From an uncultured Lachnospiraceae bacterium (lineage in GTDB: Bacteria; Bacillota; Clostridia; Lachnospirales; Lachnospiraceae), in contig CAZJAA010000009.1 in the NCBI GenBank assembly GCA_964544055.1, positions 5,459 through 69,458 on the forward strand: 64,000 bases of DNA. Reading direction: 5' to 3'. The notes under the pieces were generated by a model. The model was given only the letters and a program-made list of their open reading frames with translations, searched no databases and was not told the origin of the DNA. The translations under genes and the position numbers were made by a program. This document shows positions 8,862 through 19,032 of this stretch, piece by piece. Position 1 is the stretch's first letter; every line of letters begins with the position of its first letter.

Positions 8862-10313
8862 TTACTTTATTCTTTCCAGTAAATTTTCTATAAACTGGTA
8901 CACACGAATGGCAGACTCAATACTCAACGCCTCCATTGGTGTATGGATATCCTTCATGTCCGGACCAATGGAAATCATGTCAAGTTCCGGCATTTTTTCT
9001 GCAATCAGTCCACACTCCAGCCCCGCATGAATCGCCAGCATCTGCGGTTCTTTATGATATAATTCCGTATATACTTCCTTAAAAATTTCACGCAGCTTTG
9101 ATTCTCTGCGGTACTCCCATGCAGGATATTCACTATGGGTAGTGCTCTCGCCGCCAAGGAAACAGATGAGATATTCTACTTTATCCCTCATAAAATATTT
9201 ATAGGTTTTTGAAGAACTCCTGAGTGCAATATTAAATTCTGCCTCGTCTTCCCTTACTTCAAAAATACCGAGATTTAACGAGCTTTCCACCAGTCCTTCT
9301 ATATCACCGCTCATGCGCTGCACACCATTTGGTGCCTGCATCAGGAAAAACAACAGCTTTTCAAAAGAAACCGGATGCAGCACAGAATAGGAGGCATCTT
9401 CCTTTGCCGTTAATTCCAAGGTAAAGCCTGGCTCAATGGAAGCAAGCTCACTTTGATATTTCTCTGTTAATTCCCGAACCGTCCTGACAAACATGGCAGT
9501 TTCCTCATTTTCTACAACAACCGTAGCAAACGCTTCTCTTGGAATGGCATTGTCCTTTAGTCCACCCTTAAAATCAAGCAGGGAAAATTCTGTCTGTTCT
9601 CTTGCTTCAAACAAAAGTCTTGTCATGGCATAGACCGCATTTACCCTGTTTTTGTCAATTTCAGCTCCGGAATGGCCTCCGTACAACCCGGTCAGTGCGA
9701 TGTCGTATGCCACACCCTTCGTTGCAACCCGTTCTAGCGGCAATGTACAGGTCTGGCGCATTCCGCCGGCACAACTGCAAAGCACTACACCCTCGTCTTC
9801 CGAATCCACATTGATAAGGTAAGAAGCTTTTAAGCCGGACATATCCAGTGCTTTGGCACCGTCCATTCCGGTTTCTTCTTCTGTTGTGATTACAAGCTCT
9901 AATGCCGGATGTTTTGCTTCTTTATCTGCAATCAGTGCCATGGCATATGCTACTGCCACACCATCATCACCGCCAAGAGTCGTACCGTCTGCCATTAAAT
10001 AACCGTCCACAAGACGAAGCTTCAGCGCATCCTTCAAAAAGTCATGGTCAGAATCCGCATTTTTTTCGCAGACCATATCCATATGTCCCTGAAGCATTAC
10101 CACCGGAGCATCTTCATAGCCGGGAGAAGCCTCTTTAAACAGGATGATATTTAACGCTTCATCCTGCACATAACGTACTCCCTGCTCTTTGGCGAATGCA
10201 GCAAGGTAATCTGAAATTGCCTGTACATTACCGGAGCCATGAGGAATTTTTGTCAGCTGTTCGAAATAATACAGCACGTTTTTATAATCATAGTCTTCCA
10301 AAAAATAACTCAT
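8862..10313 (-). CDS. pepD: Aminoacyl-histidine dipeptidase (Xaa-His dipeptidase, M20C)
   Basis: LTKIPHGSGN, MLQGHMDMVCEKN, ADGTTLGGDDGVAVA and ITTEEETGMDGA are typical PepD motifs. The protein is 483 aa. Confidence 0.85.
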   Translation of the reverse strand: MSYFLEDYDYKNVLYYFEQLTKIPHGSGNVQAISDYLAAFAKEQGVRYVQDEALNIILFKEASPGYEDAPVVMLQGHMDMVCEKNADSDHDFLKDALKLRLVDGYLMADGTTLGGDDGVAVAYAMALIADKEAKHPALELVITTEEETGMDGAKALDMSGLKASYLINVDSEDEGVVLCSCAGGMRQTCTLPLERVATKGVAYDIALTGLYGGHSGAEIDKNRVNAVYAMTRLLFEAREQTEFSLLDFKGGLKDNAIPREAFATVVVENEETAMFVRTVRELTEKYQSELASIEPGFTLELTAKEDASYSVLHPVSFEKLLFFLMQAPNGVQRMSGDIEGLVESSLNLGIFEVREDEAEFNIALRSSSKTYKYFMRDKVEYLICFLGGESTTHSEYPAWEYRRESKLREIFKEVYTELYHKEPQMLAIHAGLECGLIAEKMPELDMISIGPDMKDIHTPMEALSIESAIRVYQFIENLLERIK

Positions 10314-10415
10314 ATTGTTCCTCTTTTCTGCTATTACTTTACTTCCATTGTCTGCCAGTCTAGAACAAAATTTTGTTGATTTTATGGCAGCTATATTACA
10401 ATTTTATTTATTTTA

Positions 10416-11780
10416 TTAATTTTTAAAACTATGGATTGGTGCAGGAATACGTCCGCCCCTGTTTACAAACGCATCACAGGAGAAACGGTTTACCGGCATA
10501 ATCGGAGCATAGCCGAGCAGACCACCAAATTCCACTGTCTCGCCAACATTTTTTCCAATTACCGGAATCAGACGTACTGCTGTTGTTTTCTGGTTTACCA
10601 TTCCAATTGCCATTTCATCTGCGATAATGCCGGAAATTGTTGCTTCTGATGTATCTCCCGGAATTGCAATCATATCCAAACCAACTGAGCATACGCAGGT
10701 CATTGCTTCGAGTTTTTCGAGTGTAAGGGCACCTGCACGAACCGCATCAATCATGCCCTGGTCTTCACTGACCGGAATAAATGCACCGCTTAAGCCGCCA
10801 ACATAGGAAGATGCCATAACTCCGCCTTTTTTTACCTGGTCATTTAACAGGGCAAGTGCCGCCGTAGTACCCGGTGCACCCGGATGCTCCAGACCAATTT
10901 CCTTTAAAATTTCTGCTACAGAATCACCAATCGCAGGGGTCGGAGCAAGGGAAAGGTCTACAATGCCAAACGGAATGCCGAGCATGGCAGAAGCTTCTTT
11001 TGCCACAAGCTGACCAACTCTTGTAATTTTAAACGCCGTTTTCTTAATTGTTTCACAAAGTATTTCAAAATTTTCTCCGCGAACCTGTTCCAATGCCGTT
11101 TTTACAACGCCCGGACCGCTGACACCGACATTAATGATGGCATCCGCTTCCGTCACCCCATGAAAAGCTCCTGCCATAAACGGATTGTCATCCGGTGCAT
11201 TACAGAAAATAACAAGCTTTGCACAGCCAAGAGAATCTGCATCCTTTGTTTCTTCTGCTGTCTTTTTCACAATTTCACCAAGCAGCTTTACCGCATCCAT
11301 GTTAATTCCAGTTTTGGTGGAACCAACATTGACCGAACTGCACACACGTTCCGTTTTTGCCAATGCCTTTGGAATCGATAAAATCAGGTTTTTGTCAGCT
11401 GTTGTCATGCCCTTGCTGACTAAAGCAGAGTAACCACCCAGGAAATTTACACCGACTGTTTTTGCTGCCGCATCGAGTGTTTCTGCAATTTCTACGAAAT
11501 CCTCCGGTGTTTTGCAGCAGACACCGCCTATCAATGCGATTGGTGTCACGGAAATTCTTTTGTTTACTACCGGAATTTTATATTCCTTTTCAATCTGGTT
11601 TCCTGTTTCTACCAGTTTTGCAGCGACTGTGGTAATTTTGTTGTAAATTTTCTTTTTGCATTCCTGTAAATCGGAATCTGCACAATCTAAAAGACTGATA
11701 CCCAGAGTAATGGTTCTTACATCCAGGTTTTCCTTTTCAATCATCTGGTTTGTTTCAATTACTTCCTGTATGTTAATCAC
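10416..11780 (-). CDS. PFL-family / UPF0210 (DUF711) protein
   Basis: The N-terminus reads [30 protein letters not shown]. At 454 aa it sits immediately downstream of a small ACT-domain gene, which is the usual UPF0237/UPF0210 pair. Confidence 0.75.
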   Translation of the reverse strand: MINIQEVIETNQMIEKENLDVRTITLGISLLDCADSDLQECKKKIYNKITTVAAKLVETGNQIEKEYKIPVVNKRISVTPIALIGGVCCKTPEDFVEIAETLDAAAKTVGVNFLGGYSALVSKGMTTADKNLILSIPKALAKTERVCSSVNVGSTKTGINMDAVKLLGEIVKKTAEETKDADSLGCAKLVIFCNAPDDNPFMAGAFHGVTEADAIINVGVSGPGVVKTALEQVRGENFEILCETIKKTAFKITRVGQLVAKEASAMLGIPFGIVDLSLAPTPAIGDSVAEILKEIGLEHPGAPGTTAALALLNDQVKKGGVMASSYVGGLSGAFIPVSEDQGMIDAVRAGALTLEKLEAMTCVCSVGLDMIAIPGDTSEATISGIIADEMAIGMVNQKTTAVRLIPVIGKNVGETVEFGGLLGYAPIMPVNRFSCDAFVNRGGRIPAPIHSFKN

Positions 11781-11797
11781 GGTTGTTCATTCCTTTC

Positions 11798-12070
11798 TTA
11801 AATGCGGTGCATCATATTGAAAATATCTTCTCGCTGCGTCTTAATGACAACGCCAATGTTTTCACCGATTTTTTCCAGTTCTGTAGCTACCACCAAAAAA
11901 TCCTTTTCGGTTTTTCCAAAATCCGCAATCATCATCATGTTAAAATATTCCTGAACAATGGTTTGGGAAATATCCAGAATATTTATATTGTTCTCTGCAA
12001 GATATGTACAAACCTTTGCAATAATGCCTACACTGTCTTTTCCTACTACTGTAATCACTGCTTTTTTCAT
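11798..12070 (-). CDS. ACT-domain protein (UPF0237 family)
   Basis: The sequence reads MKKAVITVVGKDSVGIIAKVCTYLAENNINILDISQTIVQEYFNMMMI... It is 90 aa and paired with the UPF0210 gene. Confidence 0.75.
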   Translation of the reverse strand: MKKAVITVVGKDSVGIIAKVCTYLAENNINILDISQTIVQEYFNMMMIADFGKTEKDFLVVATELEKIGENIGVVIKTQREDIFNMMHRI

Positions 12071-12121
12071 AATCTGTTTCCTTTCTGTTCATTCGCACTT
12101 TTTAAATTTACGCATTTAAAT

Positions 12122-12934
12122 TTATAATATATGAAACATCCCAGACGGCACTTCTCGCGGAGCAACCTTTAAATCCGGCAGGTTTTCTTCTCCTACCTTC
12201 AGGATGAGCTCTGCTCTGACTGTTTCATAGGCCAGTTCAGGATAATTATTTTCTTTGCTTAAATGTGCTAAAACAACATGCTGCAAATTTTCATGGTATA
12301 ATCTGCACAAAAGCTCTGCTGCCGTGTCATTTGATAAATGTCCGTGTTCGCCTAAAATCCGTTGTTTCAGGTAATAGGGGTAACTGCCCACCATCAGCAT
12401 ATTTTCATCATGGTTGGATTCCAGATAAAGTAACTCCGAATTTTTTAGGTAGTTCACTGTTTTTTCCGTATATACACCAAGATCTGTCGCCATTCCTATT
12501 TTGTGTCCCTCTGCCTCAAACGTATACGCCACGGGATTGGCAGCATCATGGGATACCGAAAATGGGGTTATCTGAATTTCTCCGATGGAAAAGCTTTCTT
12601 CCGGAATGACCGGCTGCAAAAGTGCATCTTCCACTTTTCCGATGCTCGTTTTTCCTTTTTTCATGGCACAAAAGGTTTCTACCGTTCCATAAATAGGAAT
12701 ACCATATTTTCGTGCCACCACACCCAGTCCCTGAATATGATCAGAATGTTCATGGGTTACCAGTAACCCAGTAAGACTTTCTGGGTTCACACCAGCTTCC
12801 AAAAGGCCCTGTTCGATTTTCTTTCCGCTGATTCCTGCATCTACCAGCAGATGAGTGGAAGCGTGACCGACATAAATACAGTTTCCGCTGCTTCCACTCG
12901 CAATGCTGCATAATCTCATGTTTCTTACATCCAC
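12122..12934 (-). CDS. MBL-fold metallo-hydrolase (YycJ/WalJ-like)
   Basis: The HxHxDH motif LVTHEHSDHIQGL, the N-terminal GSSGNCIYV and the later HLS motif support the call. The start may be ATG 12934 or ATG 12919. Confidence 0.75.
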   Translation of the reverse strand: MDVRNMRLCSIASGSSGNCIYVGHASTHLLVDAGISGKKIEQGLLEAGVNPESLTGLLVTHEHSDHIQGLGVVARKYGIPIYGTVETFCAMKKGKTSIGKVEDALLQPVIPEESFSIGEIQITPFSVSHDAANPVAYTFEAEGHKIGMATDLGVYTEKTVNYLKNSELLYLESNHDENMLMVGSYPYYLKQRILGEHGHLSNDTAAELLCRLYHENLQHVVLAHLSKENNYPELAYETVRAELILKVGEENLPDLKVAPREVPSGMFHIL

Positions 12935-12940
12935 TTTCTT

Positions 12941-15019
12941 TTATTTCCAGTATAAATCAATGATGTCACCGTCCGCTAAGGGATTGGTAAATTCTGCCTT
13001 TTTGCCATTTTGCAGCATTACAACAGTTTCACCATGTGGCTGACTTAAATCAATCGGATAGACATCCAGAATATCCACAAAACAATAATTCGTTTTTCCT
13101 GTCAGCGTAACCGGCATGCCATTCACCATAAGTACAAGCGGTGCAGCTGCCTTGTCTGTTGTCTTAGAAAAATTTGTAGCCGTAGTTGCACTCGGAGCCG
13201 CAGGCTCTGCTGACATGGTATCCGCAGCCGCCGCTTCTGCCTCCGCTTCCAGAAGTTCATCCAGCGTCTGCTCCGGATGTTTTTCTTCCAACGACCACTC
13301 TACCGTAAAGTTTTCATACACTTTTTCTTCTTTTCCGGCCAGACGGTTATTTACATAAATATGCTCCGTAAACGGCAAATCCATAAACTCCAACAGTTTT
13401 TCCAGCGTATAGTAGGAAAGAAGCTTTAATTCATCTCCTTCTTTTATGCTGTAATATTCCGAAACAAGCTCACCGTTTGCTTCGATAAATTTTGGACAGA
13501 CAACCTGTTTGTGATTTACCTCAAATGAAATCGTCGAACGGTATTCCGGAAGCTGGCGCACTTCATAAGATGCGTCTTTTCCTACCGTAGATTCCTTAAT
13601 TTCTATTCTGGCATTTGGCTCAATCGGAGAATTAAACGCTGCCGGCTTACCGTTCACCGTAATTTCTGCTGCCTCACCGGCTTCTCCGCGTACCATGCGT
13701 TTTGTACCATCCAACGTAAAATTAAGTTCTCTGCCGCGTCTTGGAAACAGGGCATCATTTGGAAAACCATTCTGCATTGCTGCATCAATTACAGTAAGCT
13801 TGTTGTTATCGTACAACTTGACGCTTTCTCCATTGACAGTAACAAAAATAAAATTATTCTTGTTTTCGTAGTAATTCAGGCAGATACCAATCGGAGTTAC
13901 CAGAGTCGGATCCTTTTTAATCCCCTCTTTAAGGAAATGAACAAATCCAAGCACTTCTTCTCCGCGAAGAGCTACCCTCTCTTTTGGAATGCCAAGCCAT
14001 TGGGCAAGACTTTCCGTATAACCTGCAATTTTTCCGCCGCCGCCAACAACAAATACTGCACTAACTGCTTTTCCACCATTTAAATCCTTAATTTTTTCTG
14101 CTACCTGCTTTGTCATGGCTTCCACCACAGGACGAAGTTCCTCTCTCACCTGCTCCGGAGTCGTTTTTTGTGACAAGCCCATTATATCTTTAAAGGAAAT
14201 ACTCTTTTTCTTTGTATTGGATTCCAGTTTGATTTTTTCTGCTGTGGCAAAATCCACCAGATGCATGCCTGTCAGCTGTTCGGTCAAAAGATCACCTGCC
14301 ATTGGAATCATGCCATAAGAAACTATACTGCCTTCTCTTGTAATGGAAATATCAGAGGTTCCCGCTCCCACATCGACCAACGCAATGTTGAGCAGACGAA
14401 ACTTTTCCGGAATGGCAACCTGAATGGCTGCAATTGGCTCCAAAGTAAGGTTTGCCACCTTTAAGCCCGCTTTTTCAACCGCAGTATGCAAGCCTCCAAT
14501 CACCTCGTCCGGCAGGAAAGTTGCAAGCACATCTGCCGCAATTTTATTTGCCTTATGATCCTCCAGATTGGTAATTGCAAAATCATTTAAGTAATACTTT
14601 ACTACTGTGTAAGCAACACAATAATAATTTGTTTCCTCTTCTTTGATTTTCTGATAAGCATTTTCTACACCAAGCAGTTCCAGGGCACGAATCATTTCCG
14701 TGCTGACCGTGACCTCCTGCGGGAACTCGGTATCTACATGCACGGTAACTGTTTTTAAGACACGTCCTGCCGCTGCAATACATACTTCCTCCAGCTTCTG
14801 TCCAATCTGCTTTTCCAGGCTGCGTTTGACCTGTTCAATGGTTTCTGCAACCTTGTTGATATCGTGAATCTGACCGTCCCGCATAGCACGGGTGTCATGC
14901 ATTTTTATTTCCTGGGCAACCACGGTAAAATCATTCAGCGACTTTTTATAGCCAACCGTTCCCACGATACTCCTTGTTCCAATATCAAGACCAAATACCA
15001 ACTGCTCCGGATTTGCCAT
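12941..15019 (-). CDS. Atypical FtsA/actin-like ATPase with a roughly 300-aa C-terminal extension
   Basis: Actin-fold motifs are VFGLDIGTRSIVG, IALVDVGAGTSDISI and AVFVVGGGGKIAG. I moved the start to ATG 15019, which follows GGAGG plus 6 nt. The C-terminus contains repeated xVNGxxV...GDxIxL-type segments. Confidence 0.65.
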   Translation of the reverse strand: MANPEQLVFGLDIGTRSIVGTVGYKKSLNDFTVVAQEIKMHDTRAMRDGQIHDINKVAETIEQVKRSLEKQIGQKLEEVCIAAAGRVLKTVTVHVDTEFPQEVTVSTEMIRALELLGVENAYQKIKEEETNYYCVAYTVVKYYLNDFAITNLEDHKANKIAADVLATFLPDEVIGGLHTAVEKAGLKVANLTLEPIAAIQVAIPEKFRLLNIALVDVGAGTSDISITREGSIVSYGMIPMAGDLLTEQLTGMHLVDFATAEKIKLESNTKKKSISFKDIMGLSQKTTPEQVREELRPVVEAMTKQVAEKIKDLNGGKAVSAVFVVGGGGKIAGYTESLAQWLGIPKERVALRGEEVLGFVHFLKEGIKKDPTLVTPIGICLNYYENKNNFIFVTVNGESVKLYDNNKLTVIDAAMQNGFPNDALFPRRGRELNFTLDGTKRMVRGEAGEAAEITVNGKPAAFNSPIEPNARIEIKESTVGKDASYEVRQLPEYRSTISFEVNHKQVVCPKFIEANGELVSEYYSIKEGDELKLLSYYTLEKLLEFMDLPFTEHIYVNNRLAGKEEKVYENFTVEWSLEEKHPEQTLDELLEAEAEAAAADTMSAEPAAPSATTATNFSKTTDKAAAPLVLMVNGMPVTLTGKTNYCFVDILDVYPIDLSQPHGETVVMLQNGKKAEFTNPLADGDIIDLYWK

Positions 15020-15060
15020 TGTGAGCCTCCATTCCATAAAAAAGTACTCTTTTTATTATA

Positions 15061-15726
15061 TCACATCTTGTCCGTACTTTCCACAAAATCTTTCAGAAGA
15101 ACAGCAATTTTTTTTGAAAGAACCTTGTCTGCTTCTTCTTTCGGTCTGTCCGGATTTTCAATTACGACATCCGCATTTGCCAGAAATTCTTCTTCCGAAA
15201 GCTGTCCTGCTAAAATATCAGAGATTTTTTTCTCTGAATATCCTCTTTTTTCTTTCATACGACGAATGCGGTCCGCAAGCGGTGCATGCACATACCAGAT
15301 TGAATCACAGATGCTTTTATAGCCTGCTTCTATCAATAGTGCTGCCTCAATGACTACTACCCCCCGGTATGCTTCTGCCGTAAGACGTAATAATTCTTCT
15401 TTAACCTTTTTTTGTACCAGCGGATGAGTCAGACGATTTAACCGCTGTCTGGAAGCTTCCGTTGCCATGGCAGTTTCTGACAATCTGGCATGCGATATTG
15501 CTCTGATCGCATTTTCCTTCTTCTCATCCTCCAGAATCTTTTCCCCAAACTCCTTTACGAGTGCTTCGTAAGAGGCACCGCCCGGTTGCATGAGTTCGTG
15601 TGCAATCACGTCACAATGTAAAAACACGGTCGGAACTGTTTTTTGTATTTGTTCTACAACTGTAGTCTTTCCGCTTCCCACACCACCGGTAATTCCAAGA
15701 ATCATAAAGCTTCTATTTTGTTTCAT
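15061..15726 (-). CDS. coaE: Dephospho-CoA kinase
   Basis: The P-loop reads ILGITGGVGSGKTTV. The gene is located directly after polA with a 14-nt overlap, as in many Firmicutes. Confidence 0.85.
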   Translation of the reverse strand: MKQNRSFMILGITGGVGSGKTTVVEQIQKTVPTVFLHCDVIAHELMQPGGASYEALVKEFGEKILEDEKKENAIRAISHARLSETAMATEASRQRLNRLTHPLVQKKVKEELLRLTAEAYRGVVVIEAALLIEAGYKSICDSIWYVHAPLADRIRRMKEKRGYSEKKISDILAGQLSEEEFLANADVVIENPDRPKEEADKVLSKKIAVLLKDFVESTDKM

Positions 15727-18385
15727 ACCAGTTTTCTCCTGTCTTTACTTCTACCGAAAGCGGAACACTTAGCTCGGCTGCTGCCATCATCTCTGTTTTC
15801 AAAATTTCTGCTACCCGAGAGGCTTCCTCTGCCGGGGCTTCCAAAAGCAGTTCATCATGAATCTGAAGCAGAATTTTTGCATCCAGCTTCTCCTTTTTCA
15901 ACGCTGCGGCTACCCGAAGCATGGCGATTTTCATAATATCTGCTGCCGTTCCCTGAATTGGCGTGTTCATGGCGATACGCTCACCAAAGCTTCGCTGCAT
16001 AAAATTGGAAGAAGAAATTTCTGGAACCGGACGCTTTCTTCCGTATAATGTGGCAACCGCACCTGTTTTTTTTGCCTCTTCCACCAGACTATCCAGATAA
16101 TTTTTTATGCCTGGATAAGTTGCAAAATACTGACTAATATACTCTTCCGCTTCTTTACGGGAAATGTTTAAATCCTGTCCCAGTCCGAAAGAACTGATGC
16201 CATACACAATCCCGAAATTTACTGCCTTGGCATTACTTCGCTGTGCCGGAGTAACTTCTTCAAACGGAATATGAAATACTTTGGAAGCAGTCATTCGATG
16301 AATGTCCTGTTCTTCCCTGTATGCCTGAATCAGACTGTCATCTCCTGACATATGTGCTAAAATTCTCAGCTCAATCTGAGAATAGTCTGCATCAACAAAC
16401 ACGCAACCATCTTTTGGAGTAAACATTTTTCTTATCTGCCTGCCCAGCTCAATCCGCACAGGAATGTTCTGCAGATTTGGCTCTGCACTGCTTAAGCGGC
16501 CGGTAGCGGTAACTGTCTGTTGAAATTTCGTATGAATTCTGCCATCCTCTGCAATGAAAGAATCCAGACCGTCTGCATAAGTACTCTTTAACTTTGCCAG
16601 CGTACGATATTCCAGAATTTTTTCAACAATCGGGTCTTCGGACTTTATTTTTTCCAGCACCTCAGCCGAAGTGGAATAACCGGTTTTTGTCTTTTTCCCA
16701 CCCGGCATTTTCAGTTTTTCAAATAAAATGACACCCAGCTGCTTTGGAGAATTGATATTAAATACCTCTCCCGCCATGGTATAGATTTCTTTTTCCAGTG
16801 CTTCTATGCCTTCCTTTAATCTGGCTCCATAGTGAAACAATTCCTGCTTGTTTATGTGAATTCCGGTCTTTTCCATTTCATATAAAAGAAAGGTTAATGG
16901 CATTTCAACGTTCTGAAACAGGGAAAGCATTCCTTCTTTTTTCAGTCGTTCTGTTAAGACATCCACGGCAAGATACGTTACCCGTGTATTTCTTGCCAGT
17001 AAGCGACAGGCATCTTCTCTGCCGGTCGACAATGCCTCAGCAAGAGACTGTTTTTGCAAAATATCCTCCACTGACGGAATTGCCGTGCCAAGATAATCTC
17101 TTGCAACATCCACCGGAAGATACGAGTCTTTCAACGGATTTAACAAATATGCCGCAATTTCTGCGTCAAATATATGTGTTCTCGCATTTTCGGAAAAAAA
17201 GCCTGCCGTCTGCTTTGCACTAAACAGGGCAAGCGTCACGCCCTGTTCTGCCAGAGTATTGAGCTTCTGCCACAACAGTTCCTCCGTAAAGGAATCATCC
17301 GTCAGCACATAATAATTTTTTTCTGCGTCCGCTATCATCAGACCGGTTCTTCCTGTATCAAACAGACCCAGCTGCATATTTTCCATATTCACCGGGACCG
17401 AAACTGCAAACAATTTCTGCTTCTGCAGGTGCTGAAACAGTTTTTCTGCTTTCTTCCTGTCTTCCAACAGCTCGTATTCCTCTAAGATTACGGTCTGTTC
17501 TGTCATCTCCTGTTCCGATAAATGAAATTTGGAAAGCAGTGATTTCATTTCCAGCTGTTTCAATATCTGATAAGCTTCTTTTGTAAATATATTGCCAAGC
17601 TTTGCTGCTTCATAAGAAAAATCCAGTACACAGTCTGTTTTAATGGTAGCAAGCTCTTTGCTTAATAACGCAAGCTGCTGGTTTTCACGGAGGGATTCCC
17701 TTATCTTATTCGGCATAATCTCTTCCATGTGCTCCAACGTGTTCTCCACTGTTTCAAACTGGGTCAGCAGCTTGACTGCCGTTTTTTCCCCAATTCCGGG
17801 AACACCCGGAATATTGTCCGAAGCATCTCCCATCAATCCCTTTAAATCGATAATCTGCAGTGGCTTTAAGCCGTATTTATCGATTACATCCTGGGTATAA
17901 TAATCTTCTATTTCCGTACCGGTACGCTTTGTCTTTGGAATGCGCACTTTAATAACATCATCCGCAATCTGCAGTAAATCACGATCTCCAGACACCAAAG
18001 ACACTTCGTAGCCGGCGGCCTCACTCTGCTTTGCCAGTGTTCCTAAAATATCGTCTGCTTCATAGCCCGGACGCTCCAAGCGAAAAATGCCACACGCATC
18101 CAGAAGCTCCTTTAATACCGGAATCTGTTCCCTTAATTCTTCTGGCATGCTTTTTCTTGTTCCCTTATAGGCATCATACATTTCATGACGGAACGTTGGA
18201 TGTTTGACATCAAAAGCAACAGCCAGATATTCCGGTTTTTCCTCTTCCAAAAGTTTTAACAGAATATTAAAAAAGCCGAGGATTCCGTTGGTATGCCTAC
18301 CGTCCGTTGTTGTTAAATCCGGCAGCCCATAAAACGCACGGTTTACAATGCTGTTTCCGTCAATCAAAACAATTTTCTCACTCAT
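15713..18385 (-). CDS. polA: DNA polymerase I
   Basis: The 890-aa protein has a 5'-nuclease N-terminus (LIDGNSIVNRAFY, GDASDNIPGVPGIGEKTA) and polymerase motifs DYSQIELRILAH, RSNAKAVNFGIVYGIS and QIHDELLLE. Confidence 0.95.
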   Translation of the reverse strand: MSEKIVLIDGNSIVNRAFYGLPDLTTTDGRHTNGILGFFNILLKLLEEEKPEYLAVAFDVKHPTFRHEMYDAYKGTRKSMPEELREQIPVLKELLDACGIFRLERPGYEADDILGTLAKQSEAAGYEVSLVSGDRDLLQIADDVIKVRIPKTKRTGTEIEDYYTQDVIDKYGLKPLQIIDLKGLMGDASDNIPGVPGIGEKTAVKLLTQFETVENTLEHMEEIMPNKIRESLRENQQLALLSKELATIKTDCVLDFSYEAAKLGNIFTKEAYQILKQLEMKSLLSKFHLSEQEMTEQTVILEEYELLEDRKKAEKLFQHLQKQKLFAVSVPVNMENMQLGLFDTGRTGLMIADAEKNYYVLTDDSFTEELLWQKLNTLAEQGVTLALFSAKQTAGFFSENARTHIFDAEIAAYLLNPLKDSYLPVDVARDYLGTAIPSVEDILQKQSLAEALSTGREDACRLLARNTRVTYLAVDVLTERLKKEGMLSLFQNVEMPLTFLLYEMEKTGIHINKQELFHYGARLKEGIEALEKEIYTMAGEVFNINSPKQLGVILFEKLKMPGGKKTKTGYSTSAEVLEKIKSEDPIVEKILEYRTLAKLKSTYADGLDSFIAEDGRIHTKFQQTVTATGRLSSAEPNLQNIPVRIELGRQIRKMFTPKDGCVFVDADYSQIELRILAHMSGDDSLIQAYREEQDIHRMTASKVFHIPFEEVTPAQRSNAKAVNFGIVYGISSFGLGQDLNISRKEAEEYISQYFATYPGIKNYLDSLVEEAKKTGAVATLYGRKRPVPEISSSNFMQRSFGERIAMNTPIQGTAADIMKIAMLRVAAALKKEKLDAKILLQIHDELLLEAPAEEASRVAEILKTEMMAAAELSVPLSVEVKTGENWYETK

Positions 18386-18436
18386 TTTGTTCTCTCCTTA
18401 CGCATTACTGTTTCCTCCGGCTTTTTCCGACAAGCC

Positions 18437-18793
18437 TTACACCCCTATGCTGACACCCATAACCGCAGCCAGTACTACAACCAGCAGAGTATATACAAGC
18501 CGCCGTGCAAGATGTTCTTTTTTCTGTTTTGCGGCTGCCTGCTCCGTTCGTTCCAGACGTTTTTCGATATTCAGAAAAAAATTTCCCTTTTTCTCTCCGG
18601 TATCCAACGCTTCCCACTGCATCAGGGCAGATGCAAACGCATAGTATTCTTCCAGCTCTTCCCGGCAGGTCTTACAGGAACGCACATGCTTTACATACGC
18701 AGCAGCATTCTCCAGACTCATCTCATCCAGCAGATATTCTTTTACAGAATGCTGTACCTGATAACAGGTCAGTTTCTTTGTTTTTCTTTTCAT
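18437..18793 (-). CDS. zf-HC2 (anti-sigma-factor-like) small membrane protein
   Basis: It has the CYQVQHSVKEYLLDEM...HVRSCKTCREELEEY putative zinc-finger motif and a C-terminal TM helix, LVYTLLVVVLAAVMGVSIGV. No sigma factor gene is adjacent. Confidence 0.55.
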   Translation of the reverse strand: MKRKTKKLTCYQVQHSVKEYLLDEMSLENAAAYVKHVRSCKTCREELEEYYAFASALMQWEALDTGEKKGNFFLNIEKRLERTEQAAAKQKKEHLARRLVYTLLVVVLAAVMGVSIGV

Positions 18794-18829
18794 GGCGGCC
18801 TCGCTTTTTTACAAACTTTCTCACTGTCC

Positions 18830-18858
18830 AGTATAACCGAATCCACACAATTTTTCAA
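18830..18858 (-). promoter_or_regulatory. Sigma-A-type promoter for the zf-HC2 gene, polA and coaE
   Basis: Minus strand reads TTGAAA (18858-18853), a 17-nt spacer, then TATACT (18835-18830). It lies about 35 nt upstream of the ATG at 18793. Confidence 0.55.
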
Positions 18859-18953
18859 CGGCGAATCGAAGAAAATTTGAGTTTCCGTAATTTGCCGCAC
18901 AACCTTTTGAACCGGCGTCATTAAAAATTACGAAAACAGGAGCAAGAAAAAAC

Positions 18954-18982
18954 TTGTATTTTATAAAATTATTGTCTATACT
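18954..18982 (+). promoter_or_regulatory. Sigma-A-type promoter for argH
   Basis: Plus strand reads TTGTAT (18954-59), a 17-nt spacer, then TATACT (18977-82). It lies about 50 nt upstream of the argH ATG. Confidence 0.5.
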
Positions 18983-19032
18983 GTTACTTAATTGTTTTAA
19001 GTTTAAATTTTTTTAACGGAGGTACACAGATT

